A stretch of DNA of 64,000 nucleotides, from positions 47,368,001 through 47,432,000 of the forward strand of contig CM060734.1 in NCBI GenBank assembly GCA_030704615.1. Reading direction: 5' to 3'. Positions 1-12,630 of this stretch are shown piece by piece. Source of the DNA: Takakia lepidozioides. Lineage: Eukaryota > Plantae > Bryophyta. The notes beneath the pieces are model-generated. The model did not search any database and was not told the origin of the DNA. It worked only from the letters and a program-made list of their open reading frames with translations. The position numbers and the translations under genes are program-made. Numbering within the stretch: the first letter of the stretch is position 1; every line of letters begins with the position of its first letter.

Positions 1-47
1 TTGACCCCCGTGATCCCCTGATTCCCCGATCTCCGACTGTAAAGTCT

Positions 48-296
48 CGCATGCACCTTCACTTGGAGGTAATCACCAAGTGCCCGCATCACCTTCTCAG
101 TCACGTAGGCAAACTCACGAGTGGGAGCCAATACAAGCGCTTGGCACCCCAATAGTTGGTAGTCCAATTGTTGAAGAATACCAGAACCGAAAGTAGTTGT
201 CTTTCCCGTCACAGACTGAGCTTGCTGAATGACATCGAGGCCCTTGGTAAAGGGCACAATACCACGTTGCTGGATGGCTGAAGCTTTCTCAAAACC
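48..296 (-). pseudogene. eIF4A: eIF4A DEAD-box helicase fragment (Q motif to motif Ia), degenerate
   Basis: Manual minus-strand translation (not in the ORF track): [83 protein letters not shown], closely matching plant eIF4A. Walker A is altered (AQSGTGKT>AQSVTGKT), and similarity stops after VKVHA. Confidence 0.85.
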
Positions 297-409
297 GATG
301 AATCTGAGGAACCTGAGTGTGATGAGCTGCAAGGAGAAATTGAATTCAATCAGTATGGAGGCAACAGTGAGATTGTCACAGAAAGGATGCAAAGGGAGCT
401 ATTGCAACT

Positions 410-1355
410 TGCAGTCGATATCAAGATTATGAAGTACAAACCAGGGAAGTCCAAGGATCACAAGATTTGTCGGAGACTGGATGACATTGAAAACAATCTA
501 TGATGCTTGATTTTTAAGCTTCACTTCAAGGGGTTGAGTTTCATGGTCAATATTTCCTGATGTTAACGGTCGTCTATCGATGACTTCAACAGGGGCAGAG
601 AATTTCTTTCTTACGAGCGTTAAATTGTGTTGTTTCGCAAAGTTTTTGGCAATAAAACACGCTGAGGCGCCCGAGTCCAAAAGTGCTTCTACGGAGATAT
701 CTCGATTTTTCATCCTGATTTTTACTGGAACTGTGAAACAAGGTACAGGGTCTGGAGGTAGAAAGAGACTTTTTTTTTGTGAGGAATTTGGGGTGTCCAG
801 CCGCATGGTCCCTACTGTGATTGGACATCTTCGTTTTCCGACCTCCTACACTTGAGTTGTGCCCCAAGCTTTGAATTTTCTCTTGTTGGGGCAGTTTAAT
901 GTTATGTGATCATCTTCTCCGCAATAAAGGCATAATCCATTCGAGCGTCATCTTTGTTTTTCTTGTGGCGTCAACGGCTTGAATCGGACAGCATTATCTG
1001 CATATGATCATTACCGGATGTCTGATGGATCATTGTGTTTGGTGTCGTAGTAGCAGCTGCATGGCGGGTCGTCGACCATCCAGATCGTTTCTACGTCTGT
1101 CGAACAAACGATTATCGTATGCAATGACTTGGGTGATGAATTCGCTCAGTGTATTCACGTTTGGCATTGTCAGCAACAAATCTTTTACATCATCTTATAG
1201 CCCACATTGAAACTGACTGATGAGACTCTTCTCATTCCAGTCGAGGTCGCACGCAAGTTGTCGAAATTCGGCAGCATAAACGGAAGCAGGACGTGCTTCT
1301 TGTAGAAGATTTCGCATCTTTGTCTCTGCAACTCTCTCTCTATCATTCTCTTCAG
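410..1355 (-). mobile_element. Ty3/Gypsy fragment (gag C-terminus, CCHC knuckle, aspartic protease), same family as element Y at 55.8-56.7 kb
   Basis: ORFs 1195-1452 (ASVYAAEFRQLACDLDWNE) and 498-806 (ALLDSGASACF); knuckle CLYCGEDDHI; nucleotide co-linearity with ~55775-56730. Confidence 0.9.
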
Positions 1356-1459
1356 TAGGGTGCAGGTCTTTACCCACGGGATAACCAAAAGCTGAGATGG
1401 ACCGGCGGTCGCCGACTTTAACCACAGCGGTCCACGGTTCGGATCGCTCCACGCGGATC

Positions 1460-4400
1460 CACGCCCCGCCATGTGGCAGGGGCGGTTTACCCAGTGGGGC
1501 CCGGGCAACACAGCTACAATTCCCTTAAGGGGGGGTATTCTTACCTTTAGCTATTAGCTTTAATTTAGACCCCTTTAAGGGTTAGGGGCCTCTAACCAAG
1601 GCGCCAGTGGTAGATAAAATGTAGGATTTTGGGATGACTTTAAGGAGCTAGTGTGATTTCACCGGTTTATATTACTTTAAGGAGCTAGTGTGATTTCCCT
1701 CCTTGGAAAAAGTCATCCCCTACCTTGGGCTCTGACACAATGATTCACTGTAGCCTAAATTTAAGGATAGAGTACTTTTGTTCATCCCTTGTCTCTCAAG
1801 GTCTCAGCCTCTAGCTCGTAGACCTACCATTGATTATTAGTTGAGCATGCATGTTCTGGACTAATGAATGTAGTGGAAGGGATGAATTCTCAGCGGGATT
1901 CATTCATCCGGTAGGGCTGCGACAGTTCTCTGCGGCAGGGAACGGTTCTCAGACGTTCCCCGGTTATCACTTGGTTCCCCAGAGGTTCCCAATGGCATTT
2001 CTAGGTGCCAAGGGCATCTTTGGATTCCCCACATGATTCCCATAGGGGAGGTATTTTTTCTGGATTTCTTTTATTTCTTTTATTTTCCAGCATTTCTTAT
2101 TTGCGAAATTGCTTAAATTGGATAAATGCACGTGATGCAACTTATAGCGTGATGGGAATTTTTAGTTTTATTTTTATTTTTATTTTTTTGGAACAGGGGA
2201 TGAGGCCCTGGATTTTGTTTTATTTAGGAATTTATTAAACTGATTAAACTTATTGACTGAAGGGGCTTAGAGTCAGCTTATTGAACTTAGTAAACCTATT
2301 GGATTATAATAGGTATTGTGGCCGCTCCTTTGCTGAAACAAAGTATTTGGGCACCGGGGTAGGGAAGCATTGGCTCTTCCATCTGGAGTGACTTGAACTC
2401 AGGCATCCGGTGAAGGAGGGGCATTGGGAGAGGGAGATTACCCCTCTTCTTCCTAGGCTTGGTAGGTGCCTCGTGAAGGGATTAAAACATATCCCGGCTA
2501 TAGGCGGCTCGTAGGCCTAGGCGGTAGGAATTAGACAATAAAACAAAAGACTTGGAAGGCAGTTACTTTAAGTAGATTGTAGAATTTCGTAGGACTTAGA
2601 AACACAAACTCACCTGTGAAGCGGAGTACGTAACTCCTCTTTGTCGGTAGGAATTAGCTAGTGACCATAGCCATCATGTACGACCAGGCACCCCCTGCAC
2701 TAACCGCAGTCGGGTAGGCGGTTCAGTGAGCCCAATCTACACCGCGACTTACCACAACCCCCCTAGCTAATATGCCGTCACCCTGACCGCGTGCGCTTAG
2801 GGCTCGTCAGGTGCATGGGTGGCCCTACTTTATGGGTGGGCTCCCCCAATCTGTAAACACAATCACAAGATTGTTATTGCTAAACGGCGGGCAAAGGCCC
2901 GAGGAGAAGACACGAGCCATCTTCAAATCGTAGGAGTGCCGTGGACCCATCAACTTGGACCACCTCCCATGGAGTGTACTGCCCTTGCGCGCCATGGTGG
3001 AGTTGCGGGGAGGGACACAATAAGGAGTTGTGGGGAGGGAGATGATAAAGATGGCACGAGCAGTTCCCATTTTTTGGCGAGACGACACCAACTGGACAGC
3101 CAGCCCTGAGACATCAGGGTGGTGTTGTTTACGACACCATGAGGTGCACTAATTAGGGCGGGGGAGGACAACAAGTGGAGGGCCCTGGCTTGCGACAGGT
3201 CGATTGAGTTTTCTTTTAGCTTTCTTGTCGACCATTTTGGAATAGGTAGGGGGTCCATTCAGGGTTGCAGGCCCACCATTTGGCGCACATTGACGGTGAC
3301 AAGCTGACTTACTGCAATTCACTCATACCATCTCCTCCATTTTGCTAGTGCACCATAGGATGCCATTTACTAAAGTGGGCCGAGCTGTGGGGTAGTTTAA
3401 TGGGCTGCAGTAGTTGGTGTGTGGGGGCCACTTTAAATGCACACCTCGTGCATATCAGGCCTCATGCAGGCTTCATATTAGATAGTACTAGGGTAGCCTA
3501 TGTCGTTGGCCCAAGTGTCTAGTGTCATCTAAGTCCAAGTGCAATCCCCTATGTATCTAGAGACCCCACTGTTTGGGAGATCTAGGGTAGCTTGTGCCAT
3601 TGGCCCATGTGTGAAGAATTGAAAATCTAAGCCCAAGTGCAATCTCCTATGTATCCATGTGCGTCTCCTATGCAGAGGTCCAAGTGCAACCTCCAACGTC
3701 CAATGTCACCCAAGTCCAAGTGCAATCCCAAAGCCCACTTTGCCAGTTTTGCAATCTCCCCTGTCGAGGCTTCATATATTGATATATCCACTTTGCTATT
3801 TTTTGCGAATTTCCAGCGACCATAAGTATTTGAAATTCCACCTCTCCCATATGAAGGGCCAAGAGGGCCAATCGTTGTTCCAAGAAAGCCCACTTTGCTA
3901 TTTTTCTCGAATTTCCAACGACCCAAAGCACTTGAAATTCCAGATCTCCCACACCGGAGGTCCAAAAATTATGGGACCAAGCCGGGGCACCCCTCCTCAT
4001 CGAGGGCTTTCCAACGCCACCAAGCACCCGCAGTGGGGCCCCACAATTTGGGAGATCTCAACGACGCTACAAAACAATACAAAACAAAACAAATGTCTCG
4101 CTTCATATATTGATTCCAGTGAGGATTCATACCCCTTATAGCTCAGGCATAGATTTTTTTGTGTGATGACACTTTGATAATTTATATCAATTAGCCACTT
4201 GGGGAAAAATTCATGCAATTGATACCACAAACTCTTTGTTCAATTGCGCATTTGCAGCTCATACAATTTTTTTCCCACTGCACCTTGGGCCCTGGGCATA
4301 TCTGCTTAAGTACACACATTTTGGTGTAATTACCTTATAGCCAAAGGGACCCCGCAGCCAGATGCATCGGCGCTACGTGGGCGCGGGCCCATCGTTGAAT

Positions 4401-4900
4401 GTCTGTCGTACTGAAAAGGCGGTACAACCCCACACGTGCAATAGCACGCGGGGTCAAGGACATTAGGGAGGGGGATATCATCATAGACCGCTGGGTAAAA
4501 ACCCGGCTGGTGGACTGGAGATCCTAGGCCGGGACTGTAGCAGGGACCATGGGGTAGGCGCGCGGGCACTGCCCGCGGCGCACCACAGCCCGCCACGTGG
4601 CGAGCGCGGGGATTGTCCAGCGGACGCTTAACGCCCCATCTTAAGGGGGCATTTCTACCATCATGCTATTGATTTTTCTGGTACCCCCCTTTATGGTCAT
4701 TTTGTTTGGATCTAAGGATTGAATGGTGATAAAATGCTCATTTTTTAGCACAAGCAAGTCCTAAGAAGGGTCTTTCATTCAAGTTATAGCTGAGTCTCTA
4801 AGGAAGCCAATGGCTCAAGCTACACATCGAGACGGCGAGGGGGGAAGTTTTGGACACAAACTACACTACCCTTGATTTTAGGCTACAGTAGTGAATAGTC
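1460..4900. repeat. Two diverged copies of an unclassified repeat (~1460-1800 and ~4585-4900), plus short local duplications
   Basis: Shared blocks gccc(c)gcca(t/c)gtggc, cttaaggggg and gataaaatg; 24-bp direct repeat actttaaggagctagtgtgatttc at ~1637 and ~1674; ~100-bp tandem pair at ~3790-3950. Confidence 0.4.
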
Positions 4901-5597
4901 TAAGGGCAGGGGGTAGGGGAAGAGTATGAGGAAAGCGCCCTCTACCCTTATTTTAAGGTTGTAGGTACAACACATGGTGGGAAAGATAAACTAGGTTTTT
5001 TTATGACTTAGTTTATAACTTTAGCACAAAAGCTCATATGTGATGAGCAAGCACGATTGGGAAGAGGACCAGTCAAGAGCAGGTTATAATGGCTTTGGTG
5101 GCAAAGCTAAGAACTGGACTTGGGAATGCGAGCTTTCATTGTGTGAAGGATTGCAAGACCAAGCGAAAGGGCTGATTTGGCTTGGGGCAAATCAGTGCAC
5201 TTTGTGGAGTATGTTGAGATTGGGTTTTAATCTCAAGCTTCAGCATTGAGAGGGCTCTTGTCATGGCAAGAGTAGGGCTGGAACATGAGCTAAGAGGTGC
5301 GGCAAGGCCATGGAATGAGCACCTAGGGTTTCAGAGCTTGGAAGAAGAGCTCTTGCACCACAAGAGGAGTGTCTTGTGGTTGGAAATGTAAGCCTTAGGG
5401 TTTCAGGAGCTTGGCAAAGGCTGTGGAGTGCTTAGTCTTGTCTTAGAGAGCATCAAGGAGCCAAGGAGCCAAGATAGGGGGCTGATACCTCTTGTGTGAA
5501 GAGGTTGCATGTGTGGAGCATGTATTCTGCTCATTGAAGCTTCCATCTTCAAGCTTGGAGGGCAAGCAAGGAAGAGGGAAGGGTTGACTTCCCTTAT

Positions 5598-5925
5598 GTG
5601 AGGGGTTGTGAGGGGCTGTGACAGGCTGTTCCCTGTGGCCTGTGGGGCTGTGAGGGGCTGTGACAGGCTGTGGCCTTTGGGGCTGTGACCCCTGTGACCT
5701 GTGTAGGGCTGTGATAGGCTGTGAGGGGCTGTGAGGGGCTGTGATAGGTTGTGGCCTTTGGAGTTGTGACCCGTGTGACGTGTATAGGGCTGTGATGGGC
5801 TATGAGGGGCTGTGACCCTGTGACCTGTGTAGGGCTGTGATAGGCTATGACAGGCTGTGACCTGTGGCTTTTGGGGCTGTGACGGGCTGTGACAGGCTGT
5901 GGCCTGTGTCGGGCTGTGACCAGTG
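5598..5925 (+). repeat. 10-bp minisatellite (GGCTGTGAC/GGGGCTGTGA type) in the X 5' region
   Basis: Reiterated ggctgtgaca/ggggctgtga units; expanded counterpart at 48280-48945. Confidence 0.9.
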
Positions 5926-6682
5926 ATCTGTGTGGGCCTATGCTGGTCTGTGGTGGCCCGTGTTGACCTGTGGACGGCCTGTGCTGATTCGTGGAGGCAC
6001 TGGTGGACTGCCTAAGGACTGACATGAGGTCTTGAAGGCCAAATTTTGAAGCTCGTGGAGGGCGGTTTGAGGAGTATCTTCATGATATTCCCATGGTCAT
6101 GCAAATGAGGGAAGAGAGGAGAGGAAGAGTGTTGGGATGAGGGCATGCTGGGGTTAGGCATTGCTTTAGCTTCTCTTCCTCATAGTGTTCCACCCTCTCA
6201 TTAGGCCTAGACCTTTCCGTAGGTGGAGGCAAGAGTCAGTCCGGGTTTGGGCTGGGGTGTCCTTGCAGAAGCAACACCCTGGAGTTGTTTTTGGTGTGGG
6301 GGAGTTGTCGTTCTGATTTCTTGTGTTTGGATCCCCTCCATACCTGCATGCTTGACTGTGCGCCATGTTAGTTTTGTGTAGGCGCTTGTTTTTATAGGTG
6401 ATTGGTCCGGATTTGATCACCGGCTAGTCCTAGAGCATGCTGTCGATGGTGAGGCTGGGGTGATGACCAGTCAGACCATCATTGTTTCTTCTATGGTGAG
6501 GTTGGAGGTGATGACCAGCCAACCATAGGAGTGCTTGCGGTGGATGTAGGTGCAGGTATAGGCTATGTTAGGAATCTAGTATTATACCATAAGCCGCAAC
6601 AGGTTCTCTACCCGGTTATCTTGTGGAGAGGGGGTTAGGGACATGTTCATGACCGGTTGAGTGTCAGTTTGTCAACACGGAG

Positions 6683-8583
6683 GTGCCACTAGTTGCTGGG
6701 GACAGTGCCGGTTCGAGCACTAGCGATATTAGTGGGTACACGAGACAAGGTGTGCGGTTTAGGCCACCTTCACCTCCTGTGTCTTCTACGGAAGGTTCTG
6801 ATTCGGATTGTGAATCAGGAGGACTTACACCGGCGGTGCAAGTTGTTTCTTTGCCATTGTTGTGGGACACAATGGAGGAGATGTATGGAGCTACCAAGGG
6901 GCCACGAAGGTACTCTGGGGCGGTGGGCACCATCAAGTTGGATGATTTTATCCAAGAGTTTGATAGTTGGTGTGATTTGCAGCAAATGCGCAATCCACAA
7001 CTATTTACGCTTTTCATGGCATGGAAGGGGCTGTTTCAGCACCTTGAGGGGCCGCCTATGGATGATTACCATGAGTTCAGGCGGGGGCATGAGGTTGAGA
7101 TCGAGGATTGGAGGATGTACTGGTCACCCGACTATGTCTCCATCACTAGGGGCACTAGAGCCACGAGGGCAATGGCTACACCTGCCACTGTACCGGCAGC
7201 TTCAGCAAGCAGCAGTGGGACTAGTGGGACTGGTGGTACCGTAGCTACGACGTCCACCCAAGCCACTACTGCACCAGCACCAGTACCCGTGCCTGCCTTC
7301 AACCCTGTTGTGGAGTTCTTCGAAGAGTTGAGAGGGAACTACCAAGGGGTGAGGACAGAGAAGTTGCGGAGCTTGCAAGAGTTCCAACGGAAGCCTATTG
7401 AGAGCTTGAGAAAGGCTTTCATTCGCATGAGGCGCTTGATAACTGTAACCCAAGGGGTTACGGAAGCTCAGGCAGTCCAATTCTGGTATGGGATATTGGA
7501 CAAGGAGTTGAGGAGAAGGGTGCGGGATGCAACTCTCCTACAAGCGGCCCAACCCACCTTAGCAAATGTGTTTTTGTTGGTAGAGCGGATAGAGCTCAAC
7601 ATGGTGGAAGAACGAGTGGTCATGGTGGGATTAGCTAAGGAGACACCACGGGGTAGTGGTACTCCTAGCCAACCACTACCTCAACGTGCTCAAGGCAACA
7701 AGGGGGCTTAGGTGAAACTCAGGGAAGGACAGAGAAGACCTCAAATGCAGGGGTCTCTCCCTTCATTTGCAGGCCAACAACGGGCGGAGGTGGTGTGTTG
7801 GACATGTGGAGGATCCCATGTCAAGAAGGATTTCCCAGAGGGAGGCAAAGGGCCGGCACATGCACAGCCTGCACAGTTGCATTGTGGGTATTGTGGCAAG
7901 CACGGGCATGGAGAGGCCCAGTGTTATGGTTTGCATCCTGAGTTGCGCCCAAGCCAGTTCCAAGGAAACAATGGTGGCCGAGGGCGAGGTGGAGCAGCCC
8001 AGAGAGGACGAGGTGGCGAGGCCAATGGCAAGCTCAACATGGCTAAGGACGCGGAGGTCAGGGTGTTGACCAAGGCATGGCCAACCGGCTTCAGCAGCTA
8101 GAGCAGAGGCTCGCTGCCATGGCTATAGCTCAGGTGGTACCGGCTCCAAGGCCGGATGGTCCACCTCCTGCTCCTGAGGGAGGAGATATGGGAGGTATGG
8201 GATTCATGTGCGGAGCAGCACTACCACTAGTGCAAGTGAAGTCTGCTGCAGCCATGATTCGAAGAGCAGCACGAGTTCCTGAGCCACGAGGTGCAGAGGT
8301 GGAGTTGGATCCACAGCATGGGGAGGCAAGCCGTCAGGCTAGGCTTCCTCAGTCATTCACATTGGCGGAGATAGTGTCGATGCCATACATGGCACCTAGT
8401 TCTTGCCTGACTGTTACCGAGGTGGAGGTTACTATGCCATTGGGGAGAGCTACACGGGTAGCATCACTACCTAGTGCCAAAGCTACGGCAGGTAGTTTGC
8501 TGCTGGGAGCGGCCACATCTGTGTGTCAGGCTCCATTGTTCTCGGCTACCATGATTGCAACGCCGGGGGGTAAGACTAGCTGA
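6683..8583 (+). pseudogene. X copy 1 gag with two zinc knuckles and an RG-rich linker (stop at 7709-7711, frameshift)
   Basis: ORFs 6683-7711, 7712-8101 (CWTCGGSHVKKDF, CGYCGKHGHGEAQC) and 8077-8583. The TAG corresponds to CAG in copy 2. Confidence 0.85.
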
Positions 8584-8759
8584 GGTGTTTAGGCTGGCAG
8601 CTACACTCTGTGAGAGTGGGAAGGTTACTTCATCTTCTGCGGAGATAGTGGGAGGGAGGTGTAGTGCCGGAGGGATCCTCGGATTTGAGGGTCAAGACTG
8701 CCACGGTGACGCCATGGCAAGCTGCAGCTGCCAGGTTGATGGAGCTGCTAGCTAGGCCA

Positions 8760-9191
8760 ACCATTGAGCGCGCCATGGTGACACCTGGAGTTGTCATGTT
8801 AGACAACCAGGATGACATTTTCTGTTTGAGTGGACCGGCAGGCAAGAGGTACTGGCCACAACGGGTCTTGTTGGACTCAGGAGCTCAGCCATTGATGCTG
8901 GGCAGAGCTGCTATTGCAGGCTTGGGCCTCACGGAGGCGGATATGGAGCCTTGTCCTTTCCAGATACAGACGTCTTTGGGAGCATCGGAGCAGGCTCGAG
9001 GCATGACACGGCGTGAGTTGGCTATCAGACTACGGCCAGATCACCCTACAGATGGCTCAGTGATGCGAGCCAAGGCCATTTTGACAAACGCGGTCTCGTA
9101 CGATATTCTGGTTGGTGGGGCAGTGTTTGTACCCATGGGCTTCACCCTAGATTTTTGGGAGGAGTCAGCTTCCTATAGGCCTGGATGGTAG
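8760..9191 (+). pseudogene. X copy 1 aspartic protease
   Basis: RVLLDSGAQPLMLG...SYDILVGG: retropepsin D-S-G and ILG-type motifs. Confidence 0.85.
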
Positions 9192-9272
9192 TCAGGGGAG
9201 GGCCAACGTGTGCAACTCCCTGTGACATTCATAGGAGGAGTTGCGGTTGCCCAGCGAGGCAAGATGCCGACA

Positions 9273-9750
9273 TGGCTTGGGTCAGCAGTGTTGCTGGATG
9301 CAGCTGCAGTGGGGTCACGGGCTCATCGTCCACGGCTATGGTGGACTAACTTGATACCACCCGTACTGCTCAAGCGTGCATTTGATGGGGTGTAGCGGCA
9401 AGCACACCTCACAGTGGATAGCATTTTGAACACAGGGAGGCAGTCTCAGCGTGTGAGACACGATGACCGTTCGCCTTTGGTAGTGGTCAACAGGGTGGGT
9501 CAACCACGACCAACATTACCTACACTGCTCAGCTTCGCAGGATCGTATGCTTTCCAAGATAGTGGACCTGGCCTCATGTGGGATGCTCAGTTGCAGCAGT
9601 TAGTGGAGCCTAATGCTGACGAGCGTGAACGGGCAATGGGTTTTACCACTGGTACCACGGCGGTGTCGTCTCTTTCTGAGGCATCACGTCGTCAGGTGTT
9701 GGGGCAAGCTATGGATCTCAATTGCTTGACCTGGATTATCAGCTTAGCTA
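9273..9750 (+). pseudogene. X copy 1 C-terminal half of the C5 DNA methyltransferase (motifs VIII-X); motifs I-VI deleted
   Basis: LDAAAVGSRAHRPRLWWTNL ... ERERAMGFTTGTT ... RRQVLGQAMDLN; aligns to 53065-53545. Confidence 0.85.
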
Positions 9751-10196
9751 TGGTTGAGCAACGTAGAGTGCGGAGTGCACTTCCCTTGACGGTCTCTCTG
9801 CCTACCAAGACAGTACAGGCAGTGAGTGGGGGCGAGCATGAGAGGACCACGGGGTGCAGGCATTCTTGGCATACGTGGGAGGTGCTCGAGGTTCAGAGGG
9901 AGTTGGCAACCAAGGTGGCGGTGATGGATGAGGTTGGGGATTTTTCTCGGGTTGACGAGGATGAGATGATGGGGCAGGATGAGGCCTTGTCATTGACTGA
10001 GCAGGGAGGGAGTACTGCTCAAGAGGTTGCAACATAGCAACCACTGGACGCGTCCTCTACCTCTAAGCCCACTGGACTTAAGGTTGCAGTTACGGAGGAC
10101 AATTGGGAGCCTGACATTGGACCCATTGTCACCGGAGGAGAGAGACGACGTATACGGCGGTTCCTGAGGGCTTACAGGAATTGCTTTGCCTTCAGT

Positions 10197-10463
10197 TTGA
10201 AGGACTTGGGAGCACTGAAGGGTCAAGAGATTCGTAATGAGTTGGCCACTGATACGCCAATCTTTCGGAGACCCTATAGATACAGTGACATAGAGAGGTC
10301 TTTGATTCAGATGAGGACTCAAGATCTATGGGAGGCAGGTTTGGTAGAGCTCTCTGGTGGAGAGTATGCTTCAGCCACAGTGATGCCAGCCAAGAAGGAT
10401 GTCTATGACAATTGGACGGAGAGACATATGTGTGGTGATTACCGGCCTGTAAATCGTCAGACG
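10197..10463 (+). pseudogene. X copy 1 reverse transcriptase N-terminus
   Basis: IFRRPYRYS...YASATVMPAKKD...MCGDYRPVNRQT, in the same frame as the upstream DNMT-tail ORF 9414-10037. Confidence 0.88.
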
Positions 10464-11425
10464 CTTGTCTGACTCCATCAACCACTTGAGTGGCTGGTGA
10501 TCCGTGACAAGGGTGAAGAGATTGCCATATAGATAGCACCTGAAGTGTGCCACGGCCCACACTGCAGCTAAGCACTCTCCCTCATATGAGCTGTACTTAG
10601 CCTCTGCAGCGTTGTTCGAGCGGCTAGCATAAGCCCCTACGAACTTTCTTCCCTCATCATCCACCTGTGTGAGCACCGCTCCAAGCCCCAACATGCTCCA
10701 ATCCATATGCAGCTGAAAGGGACGCCCCCTGATAGGTCGTTTCAGGATAGACGTCGAGGTCAACCTCGCCTTGAGCTCTTGAAAAGCTCGTTCCTGCTCA
10801 TCTTCCCATTGCCACTCCTGATCCATCTTGGTCAGCTTGGTTAGAGCCTTTGCAATGGCACTAAATCCCTTGACAAACTGTCTATAATAGTTTGCCAACC
10901 CCATGAAAGCTCAAACTAGGCTCACATCTGTGGGGCATGGAATTTGTGCAATGGCCTCTAACTTAGTCTGCTGTACCCCCAATCCTCCAGGATATATCAT
11001 GTGACCCAGATACTCAATCTGGTTGTTGTGGAAAAACTTGCACTTCCCTGGATGCAACTTCAATCCGTGCGCTCTCAAGCGCTCCAATACCACCTGAAGG
11101 TGTCTCTCATGCTCCTCCACCGTAGCACTAAAGATGATGATGTCATCTATGTAGCACCGAGCAAAGTCCACCCCTGCTAGAATCCTATCCATGACTCTCT
11201 GAAACTCTGCAGGAGCGTTCTTAAACCCAAATGGTAAGAACCGCCACTGATATAGGCAATCCTTGCCGTGTTCATTGATCCCCCAGAATGTCGTCTTCTG
11301 CTTGTCCGCCTCCTTGATCGGCAATTGGTGATATCCGGATCGTAAATCCAAAGTGCTAAAGACCTTAGCATGCCCGATGGCATCAAAGATCTCCTCTGGT
11401 GTTGGCATGACATACTTATCGGACT
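10464..11425 (-). pseudogene. X copy 1 RT core and RNase H, inverted in place
   Basis: Minus ORFs 10911-11408 ([17 protein letters not shown]) and 10371-10904 (FQLHMDWS, EGECLAAVWAV, VTDHQPL). Flanking + strand sequence continues the polyprotein on both sides. Confidence 0.92.
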
Positions 11426-12630
11426 ACGGGGAAGCTTGCACGGTGGGCACTCATACTTCAGGAGTATGACTTTCAGGTTGTGCATCGACCGGGTTTGGTC
11501 AATCGGGATGCAGATGGATTGAGTCGCAATCCATGCACGAGCTAGCATGATGACACTGGAGCTCGATGGCGTGGTGAGACGGACGAGGAGATGGTGTCGG
11601 GATGGCATGCATATCTTGGTATCGGGAGGAGTCAGGTTGGACCTACATAGGGAGACTGTAGACGGAGTGTCTGAGGACCCTGAGGCTAGTGATGAGCAGG
11701 TGGTACCCGAGATATACATGAGGATTCGGCTGTGTTGGACTACCTCCGTACTGGAGACACGACAGCCACTGTGACTGCCAAGGAGAGGGATCGGATCCTG
11801 CAATGAGCCAAGAGGTTCAAGTGGGAGGGGATACACCTGCTCCGAGTATGGGAGGATGGTCGGGTGAGTTGTGCCTCACCCCACACAACGTGCACGGTCA
11901 GTGCGGCATGCCCATGAGGAGTTGGGGCATTTTGGAGTGCGACGCACTCACAGTTTACTGCAGGGGCAGTATTGGTGGCGTGGTTTGCATACAAAGGTGC
12001 AACAGTTCGTGGCTAGGTGCATGGTGTGTGATAGGGTGTGTGCTTCATTCAACGCCCCTACACCACAGTTGCATCCTTTACCAATCATGGGATTGGGCTA
12101 CAGGTGGAGTCTTTACTTCATAGGACCGTTGCCACTGACTATGCGCCACCACAGATATGTATTGGTGATAGTGGAGCATTTCTCCAAGTGGATTGAGTTT
12201 GTTCCATTGCCTGACAAGGCTAGTGAGGAGGCTGCGTATGCATTATTGGATCGTGTGCTTAGCCGATTCGGTGCTCCAGCTGAGGTACTCACGGACCAAG
12301 GGAGAGAGTTCTTGGGGGAGTTTCAGGCTTTGTGTGATAAAGCCTTGATAGACTACCGCACCACTTCAGGATCATCCTGAGGCCGATGGCTTGGCAGAGA
12401 GAGTTGTTCAGACGGTGAAGAGGGTTTTGTGCAAGTATGGCTTGCAGAAAGGACACCTAGGAGATTGGGATCTTCAGGTGCCTTAGTTAGCCATGGGCTA
12501 CAGGTTCAGCAAACAAGCATTACTTGCATCTTTCTCACCATATTTCCTTCTCTTTGGCCGAGAGCCGGATTTGCCTACAGCCATTCGTAGGGACACTGCT
12601 CAAGTCATTAACCTTGACGATCAGGGGATT
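11426..12630 (+). pseudogene. X copy 1 RNase H end and integrase (HHCC plus DDE core), truncated
   Basis: [15 protein letters not shown]; HEELGH...CMVC; VLTDQGREF; ADGLAERVVQTVK. Confidence 0.9.

Larger units (their letters stand above)
5250..12630 (+). mobile_element. Ty3/Gypsy retrotransposon family X, copy 1 (gag-2xCCHC-PR-partial DNMT-RT-RH-INT); internal deletion, internal inversion, 3' truncated
   Basis: High similarity to 47401-54153 over the shared region. Domains: LLDSGAQ protease, YIDD RT, RNase H, HHCC integrase. Ends abruptly against the pogo remnant. LTR limits not resolved. Confidence 0.92.

Noticed and set aside
5594-6025. ORFs across the minisatellites (also 48616-49062 and 17129-17566)
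   Set aside because: Low-complexity translations of simple repeats with no domain signal.
10371-10472. Overlapping opposite-strand RT and RNase H ORFs as two separate elements
   Set aside because: Explained by one internal inversion; the ORF tails are chimeric read-through across the breakpoint.
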